This document shows positions 15,079-28,067 of a stretch of 64,000 nt of DNA, piece after piece; positions within the stretch are counted from its first letter, which is position 1; each line of letters begins with the position of its first letter. The position numbers and the translations under genes were made by a program. The DNA is taken from the NCBI RefSeq assembly GCF_000143415.4, contig NW_003314270.1, positions 1,230,722-1,294,721 on the forward strand. Reading direction: 5' to 3'. Below the pieces are notes generated by a model. It had not been told where the DNA came from and made no database searches. It saw nothing but the letters and a program-made list of their open reading frames with translations. The DNA comes from Selaginella moellendorffii. Taxonomy: Eukaryota > Plantae > Lycopodiophyta.

Positions 15079-15759
15079 GATCAAATTCGAGACAAACTTC
15101 TTTGCAAGTTCCTTTCCCTCCCTCTCCTGGCATATACGCGCGCAAGAGAGATTGTTTATAGGGCTCTGGACTACGAATCTTGCGTAGCGCTGTTATCATC
15201 AATCAACTCGAGTTTCCTAGCTCTATTTAGATCGCTTTGCTCACGGGAGCCTGGGTGCTTCTGGTCGCTAGACGAGCGAGCGATTTATTCTCTCCCTTCT
15301 CTCCTTCTCGTAAATAGTCAATCAGCAATTTGCATCCGTTACGTCTTGAATGCCTCTGAATTGGATAGGACAGGCCTACCAAATATATTAAGCTTTGCGC
15401 ACCAACTTTTTCCCCGTATTATGATAGTAATCTCCATTAAGTGAGTGTTTGTGCGCTCTTTAGGAAGCCGAGATTGCGACAGAACATCCCGAGGGATGAA
15501 TGCGCCCGCGATTCGTCTCAATGCCAGCCAGTAAAGCAGGCAAAAAGTTGTTGTGCTAGCGAAAGCTTTTAGATTTGCGTGGCCAATTCCTCTTGTTGGA
15601 TGCCTCCAGTTCCAGAGCCTTAATGCTCAGCAACCCAGGAGCGAGTTTGAACACTCGATCTTTGGGTTGTAGTCAATGATACGACACGAAGTGCGATCCT
15701 CATTGTAAAGCTGTCATTTAGGTTATGCTCCCCGAAGGCCCAAGGTGACACTCGATAGC

Positions 15760-17390
15760 CAAGACGCTCGTCTTAAGATTCAAGAGAGAACGGTTTAGAG
15801 AATAAACGAGTGGAGTGAAAATTGCGAGCCAAGACAAGGATGAAACAACGCTCGCTTTGACAAGGGTCTTAAGATTCAGTGTGATTTAGAACTAAACGAG
15901 ACTTTCGCACTGCTCAACGTAGAAAAAGGATACGAGTTGTGATCACATCACAACTCAAACAACGCTGTCAGGCCCAAGGCCGCTGCACTGCTAGCTCACG
16001 CATCTCTACACCCTCGCAAGTTCAAAATTGGGACACCCAATATAACGATGAAACAACGCTCGGTTTTCCGACATTAAGATTGAAATCAGTTTGATTCTTA
16101 AAAAGAGATTTTCGTGATCACTGAACAGTGCAATGGTCAACGTAAAAAATATCAAGTGTAGTTCAACTTTCTAGACTACAAGGTACTGTTCAACGACGAT
16201 AAGAAGAACGGTCCAAGACACTAAAACTCGATAGGAAGACAAGAATGAGTACAGGAAGCTTCAGGTTTGCGTTCTCTTTGGTTCTCTCTTCTTTATTCTC
16301 CCCTAAAAGTTTGTCGATGACAAGAAGCGTGATCAATCTGGCACGTCCCCGTGCCAGATTGACCCTACTCACAAGAGATTTTCAGTTCGATAATCCGGCC
16401 AACACAACATCCATCTAGCTACATTTCAATCTACCTGTGCCGATATCAATCTGGAGGCAGACAGGCATGAGAAACGGCGATTTACAAACCTCGGGAATTT
16501 CTTCCAAGCGCAACTATAGCATCTCTCCTACAAGGAAGAAAAAAGCTTGTGACGCTCTACCCCTCTTCCGTACAAGAGCATGATTGTGAGCCAGCGGGGA
16601 TATACTCTTACAACTTTGGTCCGATTTCAACTCTTAGATCTTTGCGATAAACCAGTGTGTGGAAAAAAACATTACAGATCTTTCTCTTCTATCCTCGCGA
16701 AATCCATCTTGGTCGCCACAACACTCAGAGCATTCTCTGCAGATGCAAACCTCGGTTTTCACACACACAAAAAAAAAAAAAACACAAAACACAAAACAAA
16801 ACAAAAAGAGTTAAGAGACGACTACAAACCTGGTAAGAGTTTCTCGTCCTCGTTCTCGCGAACAGCACAAACATTGCCCGTTGATGGGGTTGCGACACAA
16901 GGAAAACGAGTTACGGAAAACCGAAGAGATTTCTAACCTGGTAAGATGGAGCTTTTCGTTCTCTCCTTCCTGTCGACTTTGTGTCTTGGATCGTTGTTTT
17001 CATGTGATCACAGCGTTGTCCAGTGATCACCGTGCTTCACCCTCCTGTCGAGTTTTAGTCTTGGATTGTTGGTCGACAAACATTTCTGTCCTGTACTCAT
17101 TCTCGTCTTCCTATCGAGTTTTAGTGGTTGTTTTCATGACGCTTGCATCCTTCTTATCATCGTTGAAAGTAACTTGTAGTCTAGAAAGTTGAACTACACT
17201 TGATTTGTTTTGTGTTGTCCAGTGACCATTGCAATTGTTCAGTGATCGCAACTCGTATAATTCTTGTTTACGTTGAGCACAGTGTGAAAATCTCTTTTTA
17301 AGACTGTTTAAATTAAACTGACTTCAATCTGAAGGTCTGAAAACCTAGCATTGTTTCATTGTTATATTGGTTAATTTTGAACTTGCGACG
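15760..17390. repeat. Composite non-coding repeat with internal inverted repeat, homologous to 44955-46810
   Basis: 15760-16260 is a direct copy of ~44955-45495. ~16400-17390 is an inverted copy of ~45195-46810. Consequently ~16016-16250 pairs with ~17090-17387. Confidence 0.9.
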
Positions 17391-17725
17391 TTTTTGAGTT
17401 ATGGAATTGATATAGGAAGGTTTACAACGTCATAATTAACTAATTCTTCACTTCGTGCATACTTCTTTTAATGTCAAATTTTGGTAATTTTTTCATCTTT
17501 TGCAACATAAATATTTTGTATATTATATACTTCTTGGAATTGATCTAAATGTTAAGCTTTGGATTTGTACATTGTATGCTTCTTGGGATGGATCCAAATG
17601 TTAAACTTTGGATTTATTATCCTGCAATATCTGGACATGATGACATTGAAAAAGTGGTATTGTATTCAAATTTAATATAAAATAAATAATGTTTTATTTA
17701 TAAATTACATCTAAAATAATATATG

Positions 17726-20700
17726 TGTGAGGGCCAAGTGTACGGCTATGATGCCGTACACTAATATTAGCATAGTGGGATTTTTGTAACCGTTGGATTG
17801 GTTTCAATCCGGACCACTCACTCTTATATATAAGTTAAGGTTTTTGAGCTAATTGATATGCACATTTTCTATATTCCCTTTTCATATTCCAAGCACTCAC
17901 ATTTATGGAGATGAAAGGCACTTTTGATTGTCCTTGAAGAGTGCTTGAATTTAGGATTTTGGTTTAAATTTAACTTTTTCCATTTCCTTTTTTTTGTTCT
18001 TCCCTTTTAGGATTTTGGTTTAGATCTAACTTTTTGCATTGTTTAAATTTACCATTTCCTTCTAGCTTTTTGTCATTTATTTTCTTTTGCTCTTTCTTTT
18101 TCGTTCATCTTCATGGCAGATCAGCAATCTCCTCTTTTGCCTTTGGAGTAGCAGTTGGTCCAATTGCTTAATGCTATGCGTTTGCAATTGAACAACCAAA
18201 CTCAATTGATGGCAGTATTCATGGCATGTGGTGCAACTCCTCCTCCTCTTGGTGCCAATCCTCGCGTTCAGCCAGAGTTCTTTCACGGGAATCCTGGGGA
18301 TGATGTGTACCATTGGTTCGATCACTTCACAGTGATTGCCATATATCATTCTTAGGATGATGCTCGACGTTTGCATGAGTTTCCCATATATCTCCAAGGG
18401 ACGGCATTGCAATGGTACAATGGTTTGAGCGCAACCACTCGTAGGGATTGGAGTGTTCTCCCGGACATCTTCAAACACGCCTTCGGCTATGCCGACGACT
18501 GTGATAATGCCTTTTAACAATTGCATCGTCTTCACCAAGGGCCATCTGAGTCAGTAATGCAATTTGGCGCTTGTTTTCGAAGTCTTTTGCTTCATGTGGA
18601 GCCCAATATGTCGGAGCAGATCAAGCTAGGAATGTTGTGGCTAGCACTTCATCAAGATCTTGTCGGACTTGTGCATGCACTTGCTCCTGCCACCCTTAAC
18701 GATGCTCTTCGCTTGGCACAACGTTATGAGACGTCGCCTCTTCCACTTCTTGCTACACATCCTTCAGCTCCACTTCCTATGAGTGATGGTCTTGTTCCAA
18801 TGGAGGTTGATGTTGCTGCTGCTTGAGTCCAAGGACAAGGGAGAGGACGTGGTCATGGTCATGATGTTCGCTGCTGGGCATGTGATAAAGTTGGTTATAC
18901 TTATCGGCATTGTCGGCATTTTCTGGATTGGCAATCTCCATTTCCTGGGTGGAGACCTTGGCGTCAGCAACGTCCCATTGGTACTGCTGCAGTGGAAGGT
19001 TTGGACACCGAGGTGCATTCAGGAAATGAGAAGTCGCACAAGTAACAGAAGGACCTTGCGCGAATAAGTCAGTGACCCCTCCATCTTTCTTTCAGGAGTA
19101 TCATCAAGGGGTTCACTCGGCACCGATTCATCCAATGTTTACTTTCCAAGCTCGTTTTTATAACAAGAGGTCTTCTATTATTCTCTTTGTGTTGGTTGAT
19201 ACAGGTTCGAGTTTATCTTCTATTGCTCGATTTGTTACCACACGTTTTCGTCTACACTTGCATCGTGCGGCAGAACCAATTTTCATTCTTTATGGCAACG
19301 GTTGTACACATGCATGTGCACGGGATGAGGCAAACCTGGTTGTGCGTGTGGGTGATCTCAAGCTTGAGTTGCAGTCATTGCAGGTGGTGCTGAGTCAAGC
19401 TTTTGACCTCATTCTTGGTATAGATTGGTTGCAGCACAATCATGTCAAATATGACTTTGAGCCTTGTCTCATACTTCCTTATGTTCCATCCATTCCTCTC
19501 ACTTTTGTACCTCTTTGTCCCTCTACTTCTACCTCTGCTTCCATTACTTTTGTTCCCCCACTATTTCCTCTTATGTTTCTATCTTGTTCTGCTCTTCCCT
19601 TTTCTGATCCCTCCGACGATTTTGTGTTGCAGCGGTGGACCGGCTCATGAAGGAGTATTCTAATCTCTTTGAATCTGACCTATCGTCTGGGGCCAAGATT
19701 GCCACATGTCATCCAATTGCAACCGGGGATGCTCCTCTAATCAAGGTTTCTGTTCGTCGTCGGTCACCCAAGGAGATTAGGATTTTATGTGCAAATGTCA
19801 AGGAGATGTTGGAGAAGGGTGTTATTCAGAAGTCGCGGAGTCCTTGGGCATGTGAACCTTATCTTGTGACAAAACCTGATGGGAGTATTCATTTCTGCAT
19901 CGACTATCGTCCGTTAAATGAAGTGACAATCTTATATGTGTACCCTCTTTCTCACACTGCTGATCTCTTGGATCATTTGGGGCGAAGTCATTGGTTCACT
20001 AAGTTAGATCTTGTTTCTGGGTACTGGCAAGTACCGATGGCTGAAGAAGATATTCCTAAGACTACTTTTCGTACACCATTTGGTTTGTACGAGTTCTTGG
20101 TGATGCCGTTTGGTTTGAACAATGCTCCAGCAACTTTCCAGCGGATTATGGATGAGGTTCTTTGCAATATGCCAAAGGTGAATGTTGACTTCATTGATGA
20201 CGTCTTGATCCACTCAAAGGGGATGTGGGAGGAGCACGATCGTGATGTTTGTAAAGTGTTAGATCAGCTACACGACGTTGGTTTAAAGCTGAAGCGGTCG
20301 AAGCGCGTGTTTGGGTCCAAGGATACAACTTATCTTGGGTACCGTATTTTTCGTGAGGGTTTGCAAGTTGATCCTGACAAACTTATGGTTGTTATAAAGT
20401 TCCCTACTCCAAAGTGTGTGAATGATGTGCAACACTTCTTGGGCAAGGTGCAGTATCTTGGTTGTTTTGTGGATCATCTTTCTGATCACACTGCACCATT
20501 GCGAGCGTTGCTGAAGTCATCAACATCATCTTTCATTTAGTCTCCAGATTGTGAGAGGGCGTTTGGGGATCTCAAAGAGTTATTAACGACTCCTCCGGTT
20601 TTGGCATATCTTGACTACACTCAACCTTTTATTTTGCGCATGGATGCTTTTGACATTGGTCTTGGAGGTGTGTTGATGCAAGAGAGCTCAAGTGTGCTTG

Positions 20701-22677
20701 GTCAGCGCCATCCTATTGTGTATATAAGCTGTACATTACAACCAATGGAAATGAACTACTCCACGACAGAGAAGGAGTGTTTAACAGCAGTTTGGGGTTT
20801 TGAGAAACTTCATGCATATCTACATGGTTATCGGACGTTACTTGAAGGTGATCATGTTGCTGTTACTTCATTATTGAAGTAGAAGAACCTGGTTGGTTAT
20901 ACTGCTCGATGGGCTTTGAAGTTTCAAATATATGATTTGATGTTGTTTATTGCCCAGGGAGTTCTATGGCTGATGTTGATGCCCTTTCTCGAGCTCCTCT
21001 TCCTTCTTCATTCTCTTCTCATGTTTCTGACGAGCCTATTGTTCTAGCCTCTATGGATTTTTTAGATGAGGATTCTATGTCGTCGGCAGTTGTTGTACTT
21101 GACGTTTAGTGTCCACAAGGCACAGAGCAAGATCTACCTTCTCTTGATGAGGTTCGTGAGGCTGAAGAGATTGAGCCGTAGATTCAAAAGCTTCGAGATG
21201 GATTTGAGAATCTTGCATCACTTGCTAATAACTTATCTTTCCGGCATTTACATTCTCAATATCGCCTTGAAGATGGCCTTCTTTATTTTGTGGGGACGAA
21301 TCCTGATAATCATTTACGGTTGGTGGTGCCTTTTATCTTTATTCCGTAGTTTCTCCATGCCTACCATGATTCTCTTGTTTTAGGTGGGCATATGGGACAT
21401 CGTCGTGTAACTGAGAAGCTGCATAGGTCTTTCTATTAGCCGGAGATGCGATGTGATATTATCCGGTATGTGTGTAGCTACGTTTGGTGCCAAGCTCGTA
21501 ATACTCCCCCTCGGGTTGCGGAAGGACGGTTGGAGTCAATTGCAGTTTCCCGTCCGTTTGAGTTGGTGGCATTTGATCTTATGGGACCTTTTCCATGGTC
21601 GACTGCTGCCAATGAGTATATTATTATTGCTTCTGACTACTTAACTCGTTGGGTGGAAGTTGGTGCTTTTGCTAGTGCCTCTGCAACTGCTGTTGGATAC
21701 TTCCTCCTCAATTGAGTGGTATTCTAGCATTCTTGTCCAGAGCGGATTCTTTCGGATAATGGTCTTATATTTATGGCTAAGACATTTCATGTTTTGACAT
21801 CTCGGTTGGGGATACATCACACTTTCACAAGTGTTTATCATTCACAATCAGACAGTTTGATAGAACGATTTGTTTGGACATTCAAGAGGATGATTACGAA
21901 GTATGTGACCTTTCAGCATCCGGATTGGGATAGTTATTTGTCGTCTTTTCGGTATGCATATATCATAGGTGTGTAGAGTTCTATTGGTGCTTCACCATAT
22001 AAACTTCTATATGGTCATGATCCAATATTACCAATGGAGTTGGGTTTACCTTTGCGATTGCCACGAGCTGACGATGCTAGGTCATGGGATCAGTATTTGA
22101 TGAGCATTCTTCCACTTGTCTGAGCGAAGTTTGCCAAACACTTAGGCAGTGTACAAGTGGGACAACAACGGCAGTACAACTCTCATCATTGACCATCTAT
22201 GGAGTACAAAGTGGATGATTTGGTGTTAGTCCGTTTTCCCTATCTTACGGTTCCTTGCGCAGTGGAAAGGACCATATCAGGTGTTGTGGCAAGTTGGACC
22301 ACAAATTTATGAGGTTCAGCATGACATTCAGCAAGCCGATCCTCTAGAGATTGTGCATGTGCAGCGGTTGAAACGCTTTATAGAAAGGGATCAGGAGTAA
22401 TTAATACCACTTACAGATCCACCGATGCCTCCTCCTGACATTCCTCCAGATCCCAGCCCGTCTACAAGAGAACCTTGATGGTCTTCCATTATTCTAAGAG
22501 AAGGGGATGATGTGAGGGCCAAGTGTACGGCTACGATGCTATATACTAATATTAGCGTAGTGGGATTTTGGTAGCTGTCAGATTGGTTTTAATCCGGACT
22601 ACTCGCTCCTGTATATAAGCTAAGGTTTTTGGGCTAATTGATATGCATATTTCCTGTATTCCCTTTCCATACTCACA
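17726..22677 (+). mobile_element. Full-length but inactivated Ty3/gypsy LTR retrotransposon (gag, protease, RT, RNase H, integrase)
   Basis: LTRs 17726-17901 and 22511-22677 (TG...CA), TATG on both flanks, PPT aagagaaggggatga. LVDTGSS protease, FCIDYRPLN..DLVSGYWQ..MPFGLNNAPATFQ..FIDDVLI RT, NYSTTEKE RNase H, AFDLMGPFP integrase. Many stops and frameshifts. Confidence 0.95.
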
Positions 22678-23529
22678 TATGGAATTTCTTATAATAGTGA
22701 TTTTATGTAATAATAATAAATTTAATCTAAATATACATTATAAATTAATAATAATTTGTATAAATACTAACTATTAAATATTAAAATAATAAATCTTCTG
22801 TAAATAAGTTGATAAGGCAAAACCTCTATTAAATAGCTGATATTGGTAGTTTATACAAATCTAAATATTATTAAAATTATTAATTTGGTTTAAAATACCT
22901 ATTTAATAAAAATATTACCACTAAAATCTTAACAAAATATTCTTTAGTGTGCTAAAATATTCTTAAAATATTATTGTTGACAATAATGGCTCCCTTGGCT
23001 CCCTATTGACATAGCTTCCTGTATTGGCAGATCTATGGATGAGTTCATATAAGATGAGCTAAAGTTGGCTTGGCTTTCACACTTTCTTGCAATGAAATTA
23101 GACACCTCTAGCACCTGCAATTGATCACCATTCTTAGTCTTGTTATTTTCAACAGCTAGATCATATTATTTTTAAGAATAAAAAGATTTTTCTTTTGAAG
23201 GGCTTAATTAGAATCTAGGATGAGCAGGTGAGCTAATCTTGGCTTGGCTTGGCTTTGGCTTAAGCTTAACCATATTTAAACTTAGATAATGAAAGGATAG
23301 CCAAAAGTCATAAAAATCAAAAACATCCATTCCATCACCTTTTTTCATTTCGTATTATTCCATAAACTTTGTTCTATTTGAAATATGAATGAAGTACCAC
23401 CAAAATGCTCACCTCTCATGAGTATGGTCCTTTTATAAAATGGCAATAGTGAATGGTTAGATATAAAGAGGTTTCCTGGCAATCAAAAGATTTTACATCA
23501 GTTTTTCATATATGTCCATTTGGTAAAAC

Positions 23530-23597
23530 TCTAAGTTATATATAGGAGTGAGTGGTTCTGATTAAAACTAATCCAACAGATATTAAAATCCACTAAA
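23530..23597 (-). repeat. Degenerate LTR fragment related to the adjacent gypsy LTR
   Basis: Reverse complement resembles tagtgggatttt..gttggattggttt..accactcactcttatatataa of the LTR. Confidence 0.6.
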
Positions 23598-23767
23598 TCC
23601 ATTATATTTTTTTGTCAAAACAAAATTTATTGAACATAGAACGTGTTTGTGACGGTCCTGGATGCTTATACGCCGTCACTCCCCGATTCTTTGAGAAACT
23701 GGAGTTACTTCTCTGACGCAGGTCACAGACCGTCTTTGCCATCGCAATTGGAGAGCTCGCGAGTTTC

Positions 23768-24611
23768 TTGTGCATCGCGTCGTTGGCGTGGTTCTGCTGG
23801 CGAAGATCTCTTCGTGGAATGTGGAAGAAAGCCGCAAAGGATCACCGCGGCCCGACATGGTTCTCGTACGAGCAGCTGGAAGTTGCGACAAACCATTTTA
23901 GCTGCAAGCTCGGGGCTGGTGGATTCGGAAGTGTTTACAAGGGTATTCTTCCGGATATGACGGTGGTGGAGGTAAAAACTCTTGAAGGAGCAGCCAGAGA
24001 AACAGTTTAAAGCCGAGGTCGCCACCCTTGGAATGGTTCATCACGTCAACTTAGTGAAACTTTTGGACTACTGCGCTGAGGGAAGCCATCGTTTACTCGT
24101 CTACGAGTTCCTGAGCAACGGATCACTGGACAAGAGTGTATCGATCTCTGGGGAACGAGGTATGTTCGTGATCTTTCCAAAGTTTGTCTACTAAGTTGGT
24201 TTGCAGGTACTCGATTGCTCTTGGTGTTGCAAAGCGCATCACGTACTTGCACGAGGAGTGCTACGATTGCATCCTCCACTGCGACATCAAGCCGCAAAAA
24301 ATTCTCCTCGACGAGAACTTCTGTCCAAAGGTGTCGGACTTTGGCCTGGCCAAGCTAATTGACAAAGCTCGACGTGACCACCATCCGAGGAACTCGATGC
24401 TACATGGCACCCGAGTGGGTCGGCGACCGCGGACCCGGGGCTTAAAAACTTGGAGTGGAACGAGTTCGAGCGGATGATCAAGGTGGCGTTTTGGTGCATG
24501 CTCCAGGCCGAGCATGAGCCGGGTGGTGCAAATGCTGGAGGAGCCCGACTTGGAGGTGGCTGTGCCGCCGTTTCCAACGCCAGTGTCGGAGGAAGTGCTG
24601 AGCGAGAATAG
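23768..24611 (+). pseudogene. S-domain (SD-2-like) receptor kinase fragment
   Basis: [74 protein letters not shown]. Frameshifts, subdomains VIII-X deleted, no ectodomain. Confidence 0.9.
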
Positions 24612-24734
24612 TCCGAGCTTTCTTCCTCCACTGTCACTGTCGGTGATCGATCCAAGATAGAAGTATAAGTAAGAAATCTTCTTCAGTCTATAGTGGGAGA
24701 AAGTCTCGCGGGACGCGACAATTTCAAAGCTTCG

Positions 24735-25896
24735 TCATCCAACAAGGAGGACTTTGCCTTGTCTGGCCTGCTTCTCTGCCTGTTCCATGGCAGTCTCGTA
24801 GTCCTCGAGAGGAAATTTAGCCACCACTGGAAGCGATCCTATGATCTTTGCCTGGAAGAGTTCTGGGATCTCTTTGGCCATCAGCTCTTGCATGGCCCCT
24901 GAAGCAGCTGCCAAGCTCCAGAAAGAATGGGAAATTTTTCTCGCGAGATCGTTCACCGATATCACCGAGTCCCATGATTCGAGGTTGCCGATAGTAAAGA
25001 CTTTCCCACCGGATTTCACGCAGGCGGCAGCCAGCTTTGTTTGCGACCCCGCTACCATGTCAATCGCGCCTTCCACTCCGGCTCCATTTGTAAGTTCTTT
25101 TACTTTGGCAGCAACATCTTTCCCACCAAGATCACGCAAACTTAAAGATTATCGGGTGTGGGAGAATTGTACCTTCTTTTGTCACGTTGAAAACTTCGTC
25201 AGCACCGATGCTCTTGAGCTCTTCCTTGATTTCGTCACGCCTCACAAGGTTGATGGTCTTGATGCCCCAGTGCTTTGCAAGCTTGATAATGATCCTAGTG
25301 CGTGAAAAATCGTTTTTGTGAGTAGAGAGACTCTACTAAAGATCTACCTTCCAAGCGCCGATCCAGCGCCATTCTGGAGGACGTAGCTTCCTTCCGGAGC
25401 ATTGATATCCTTGAGAAGACCATAGCCCGTCCAAGGATTGATAATCAACTGTGCCGCATCCTCGTCGGAGATGTCATGAGGCATCAAAATCACGTCTTTC
25501 TCCGAGACAGTGATAAAATCCTGCCAAGAGCCTTGTTTGGCATAGAAATAGTTCCACAGAAATATAGGAACCACTCTATCCCCTTTCTTCACACGCCGTA
25601 CACCTTCTCCCACCTAAAAAGATTGGACACAATCAGAATTTCTTCTTCTTTTTTCCTATGAAACTAACCTCTTTAACTATGCCAAAGCCTTCAATCCCTG
25701 GAACAAACTCCTTGTCAAAGATCCCAATGGAGAAAGACTGCTTGATGGTCGTGAGATCGAAGGGATGGATGGGCCTGGCAGTGATGCGCACCACCACACT
25801 CCCGGGCTCGGCTGCTCCGGGCCTGGGAACTTTGACAAGCTCCGGGCCCTGATTCGCCTCCCCGCGCACTGCTCTTGCAAAGTTTCCCTCAGCCAT
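24735..25896 (-). CDS. Medium-chain dehydrogenase/reductase, enoyl-reductase (ETR/MECR)-like, 4 exons
   Basis: VVRITARPIHPFDL, VPGIEGFG, VKKGDRV, GSWQDF, AAQLIINPWT, VLQNGAGSALGR, GKVLLV*. Confidence 0.85.
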
Positions 25897-26272
25897 GAGT
25901 GCGTTGTTTGCTTGCTGCCTTCCTGCTAAACTTTGTTTATATAAGTCCAGCACCCTTTCCTTCCAGCTGCATTGCAGCTTTCTTTGTTGTTTCCAAAGCT
26001 CCTCATAATGTTTTCGTGCGTGATCACTCTTCCTTTCAAGAGCCGTGGTTTGTTTTTCCAAAACAGTCCTGTGGTGACGTGAGAAACATAAGAAACCTTA
26101 AGGTGCCTTATCAGCTCCAGGACGAGTCCCTCAGGTGCCTTATCAGCTCCAGGACGAGCAGTGGGCGGCCTCGACTAAAGATCACCAAAAAAGATTGCGT
26201 CGATCAGATGAATCATTATTTCCCTGCTACCATTATGCCTTGCTATGACATACTGTGACGTATCACCCAGGA

Positions 26273-27067
26273 TTATTTGGACCGCCCGGCTAGCTGGAGC
26301 TGCTGCCTGTTGACAACGTCGTGGTAGTAGAGCAGCACGCAAAAGAAGAACCAAAAGATCATGTTGGCGACCATGGAGCTCTGGAACTTGCGCTGGAGGA
26401 GGTTGGTCACCAGAACTGGAACATGATCCCCAGAAACGCCCAACCCCGCAACATGTGGCACGGCACCGCGATGCAAATCTCGTGGAAGATCCCGGAGATG
26501 ACGGAACACCACCAAAAATGGCGAGCTGCTTGTAGGCGATGTTCTTGGGCGAGATATTGTCCGGGTAGTCGATCGCCGGGGCCTCGGCGGGGAGCTCTTG
26601 CCACCGTCCTTCTTCACCGCGCGGATGTCGGCGTTGGTGTGCGCGTACGAGACGAGCTTGAGCCAGCCGGTGACGGCAATGAGCATGAAAATCAGCCCCG
26701 ACAGGAGATCCGATCTCGATCACGCAGATCGGGTAGAGCAGCGCGGCGGCGAGGTTGATCAAGTGGAACGGCGCCACGGCGGTGGCGGGGCGCCGAGCCT
26801 TGATCTTCTCGATGACATAGGCGACGAGGGGGAAGATCAGCAGCGAGAGGCCAGGAGCGGCCAGTCCTTGAGCGACTTGGAGCTGAAGAGGACCTCGGCC
26901 TGGATGAGGAGGCCATACTTCATGAGATTCTCGATGATGAGCCGGCTGTTCACCGCCACCAGCACGGCGATGCAGAGGTTGAAGAGGCCGGCGTGGCTCT
27001 GCGTGAAGATGGCGTCGGAGCTGAGCGAGCTCTCCTTGCTCCGCCGGTGGGGCCGCATGGCTTGCAT
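26273..27067 (-). pseudogene. DGAT1: Intronless, internally deleted diacylglycerol acyltransferase 1 copy
   Basis: HRRSKESSLSSDAIFTQSHAGLFNLC..NSRLIIENLMKYG, WLKLVSYAHTNADIR, FHEICIAVPCH..WAFLGIMFQ, MVANMIFWFFFC..LLYYHD. Frameshifts, central MBOAT part missing. Confidence 0.9.
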
Positions 27068-27274
27068 GGCCGCCGCGAGGAAAAGGAGGAGGAGGAGGAA
27101 TCCAAGCGGAATGTGTACCTGCGCGGAGGGATGGGCGGATCCAGCAAGGAGCGGGGAGGCGCAGGCGCAGTAAATTCTCATGCCCTGGCGCTCCGGGCTT
27201 CCTGCTGGACAGGGAACCCTAGAAATTAGGGGGAAAGGTTTAGGGCTACATTTTACGCCAAGCTCCTGTCCCAC

Positions 27275-28039
27275 GTGGGCAACTTGGATCCCCAGGTAAC
27301 CGAGGACATCTTGTGGGAGCTCTTCACGCAGGTGGCCCACGTCCAGAGCGTCTACATCCCGCGCGACAAGATCACCACCGCGCACTCGGGCTACGGCTTC
27401 GTGGAGCTGGCCAACGAGACAACACCATCAAGATCCTCAACAACTGCCGCCTCTGTGGCCGGATGAGCAAGGCCTCGCACAAGGACGAGGACGTCGGCAC
27501 CAATCTCTTCGTGGGCGGGACCGTGGACAACTACCTCCTGGGATCCATCTTCAGCGGCTTCGGCCACATCGTCTACTCGAGCGTCGTCCACTCAGACGAC
27601 CAGACACGGCCCGGCTATTGCTTCATGGACTACGACTGCTTCGAGGCGTAGGACCTGGCCATCGAGAGCATGGACAAGCAGTTCATCGAGAACCAGCAGC
27701 TGAGCGTGTCATACGCGCGCAAGAAGGACAGTGGCGAGCTGCATGGGTCGCCCGTGGAGAGTGAGATCGCCGCCGAGAACCCCGACCGGAAGCCGCACAT
27801 CATCCCCAAGTTCCAGCTGCCGCTGCCACCGCCCGAGGCATGGTTATGGTAGCGGGGTGCCGTACATGGTGGTGTCGCTGCTGCCGCCCCAGCAGCATGA
27901 CTGGTCGCACCACCACCACCATGCACAGGCGCCGCTGCCCGCGCCAGCGGTGGTACTGCCGCAGGGGCAGCGGTTCCCATCACCGGGGGTGTTGCCACCA
28001 CACCAGGTGTGGATGCCACCATCGCCTTCGCAGATGTAA
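27275..28039 (+). pseudogene. SF3B4: Splicing factor 3B subunit 4 (SAP49)-like pseudogene
   Basis: VGNLDPQVTEDILWELFTQ..VYIPRDKIT..HSGYGFVE, DVGTNLFVG, VSYARKKDSGELHGSP, Pro/His tail. Frameshift, in-frame TAG at ~27649, start missing. Confidence 0.85.
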
Positions 28040-28067
28040 GGTAGCCACATTTTTTTTTCTTTTCTTA

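Noticed and set aside
15630-15690. tRNA pseudogene or SINE head
   Set aside because: A B-box-like motif only; I could not build a cloverleaf.
26101-26158. 26-bp direct repeat
   Set aside because: Two copies only; a simple local duplication.
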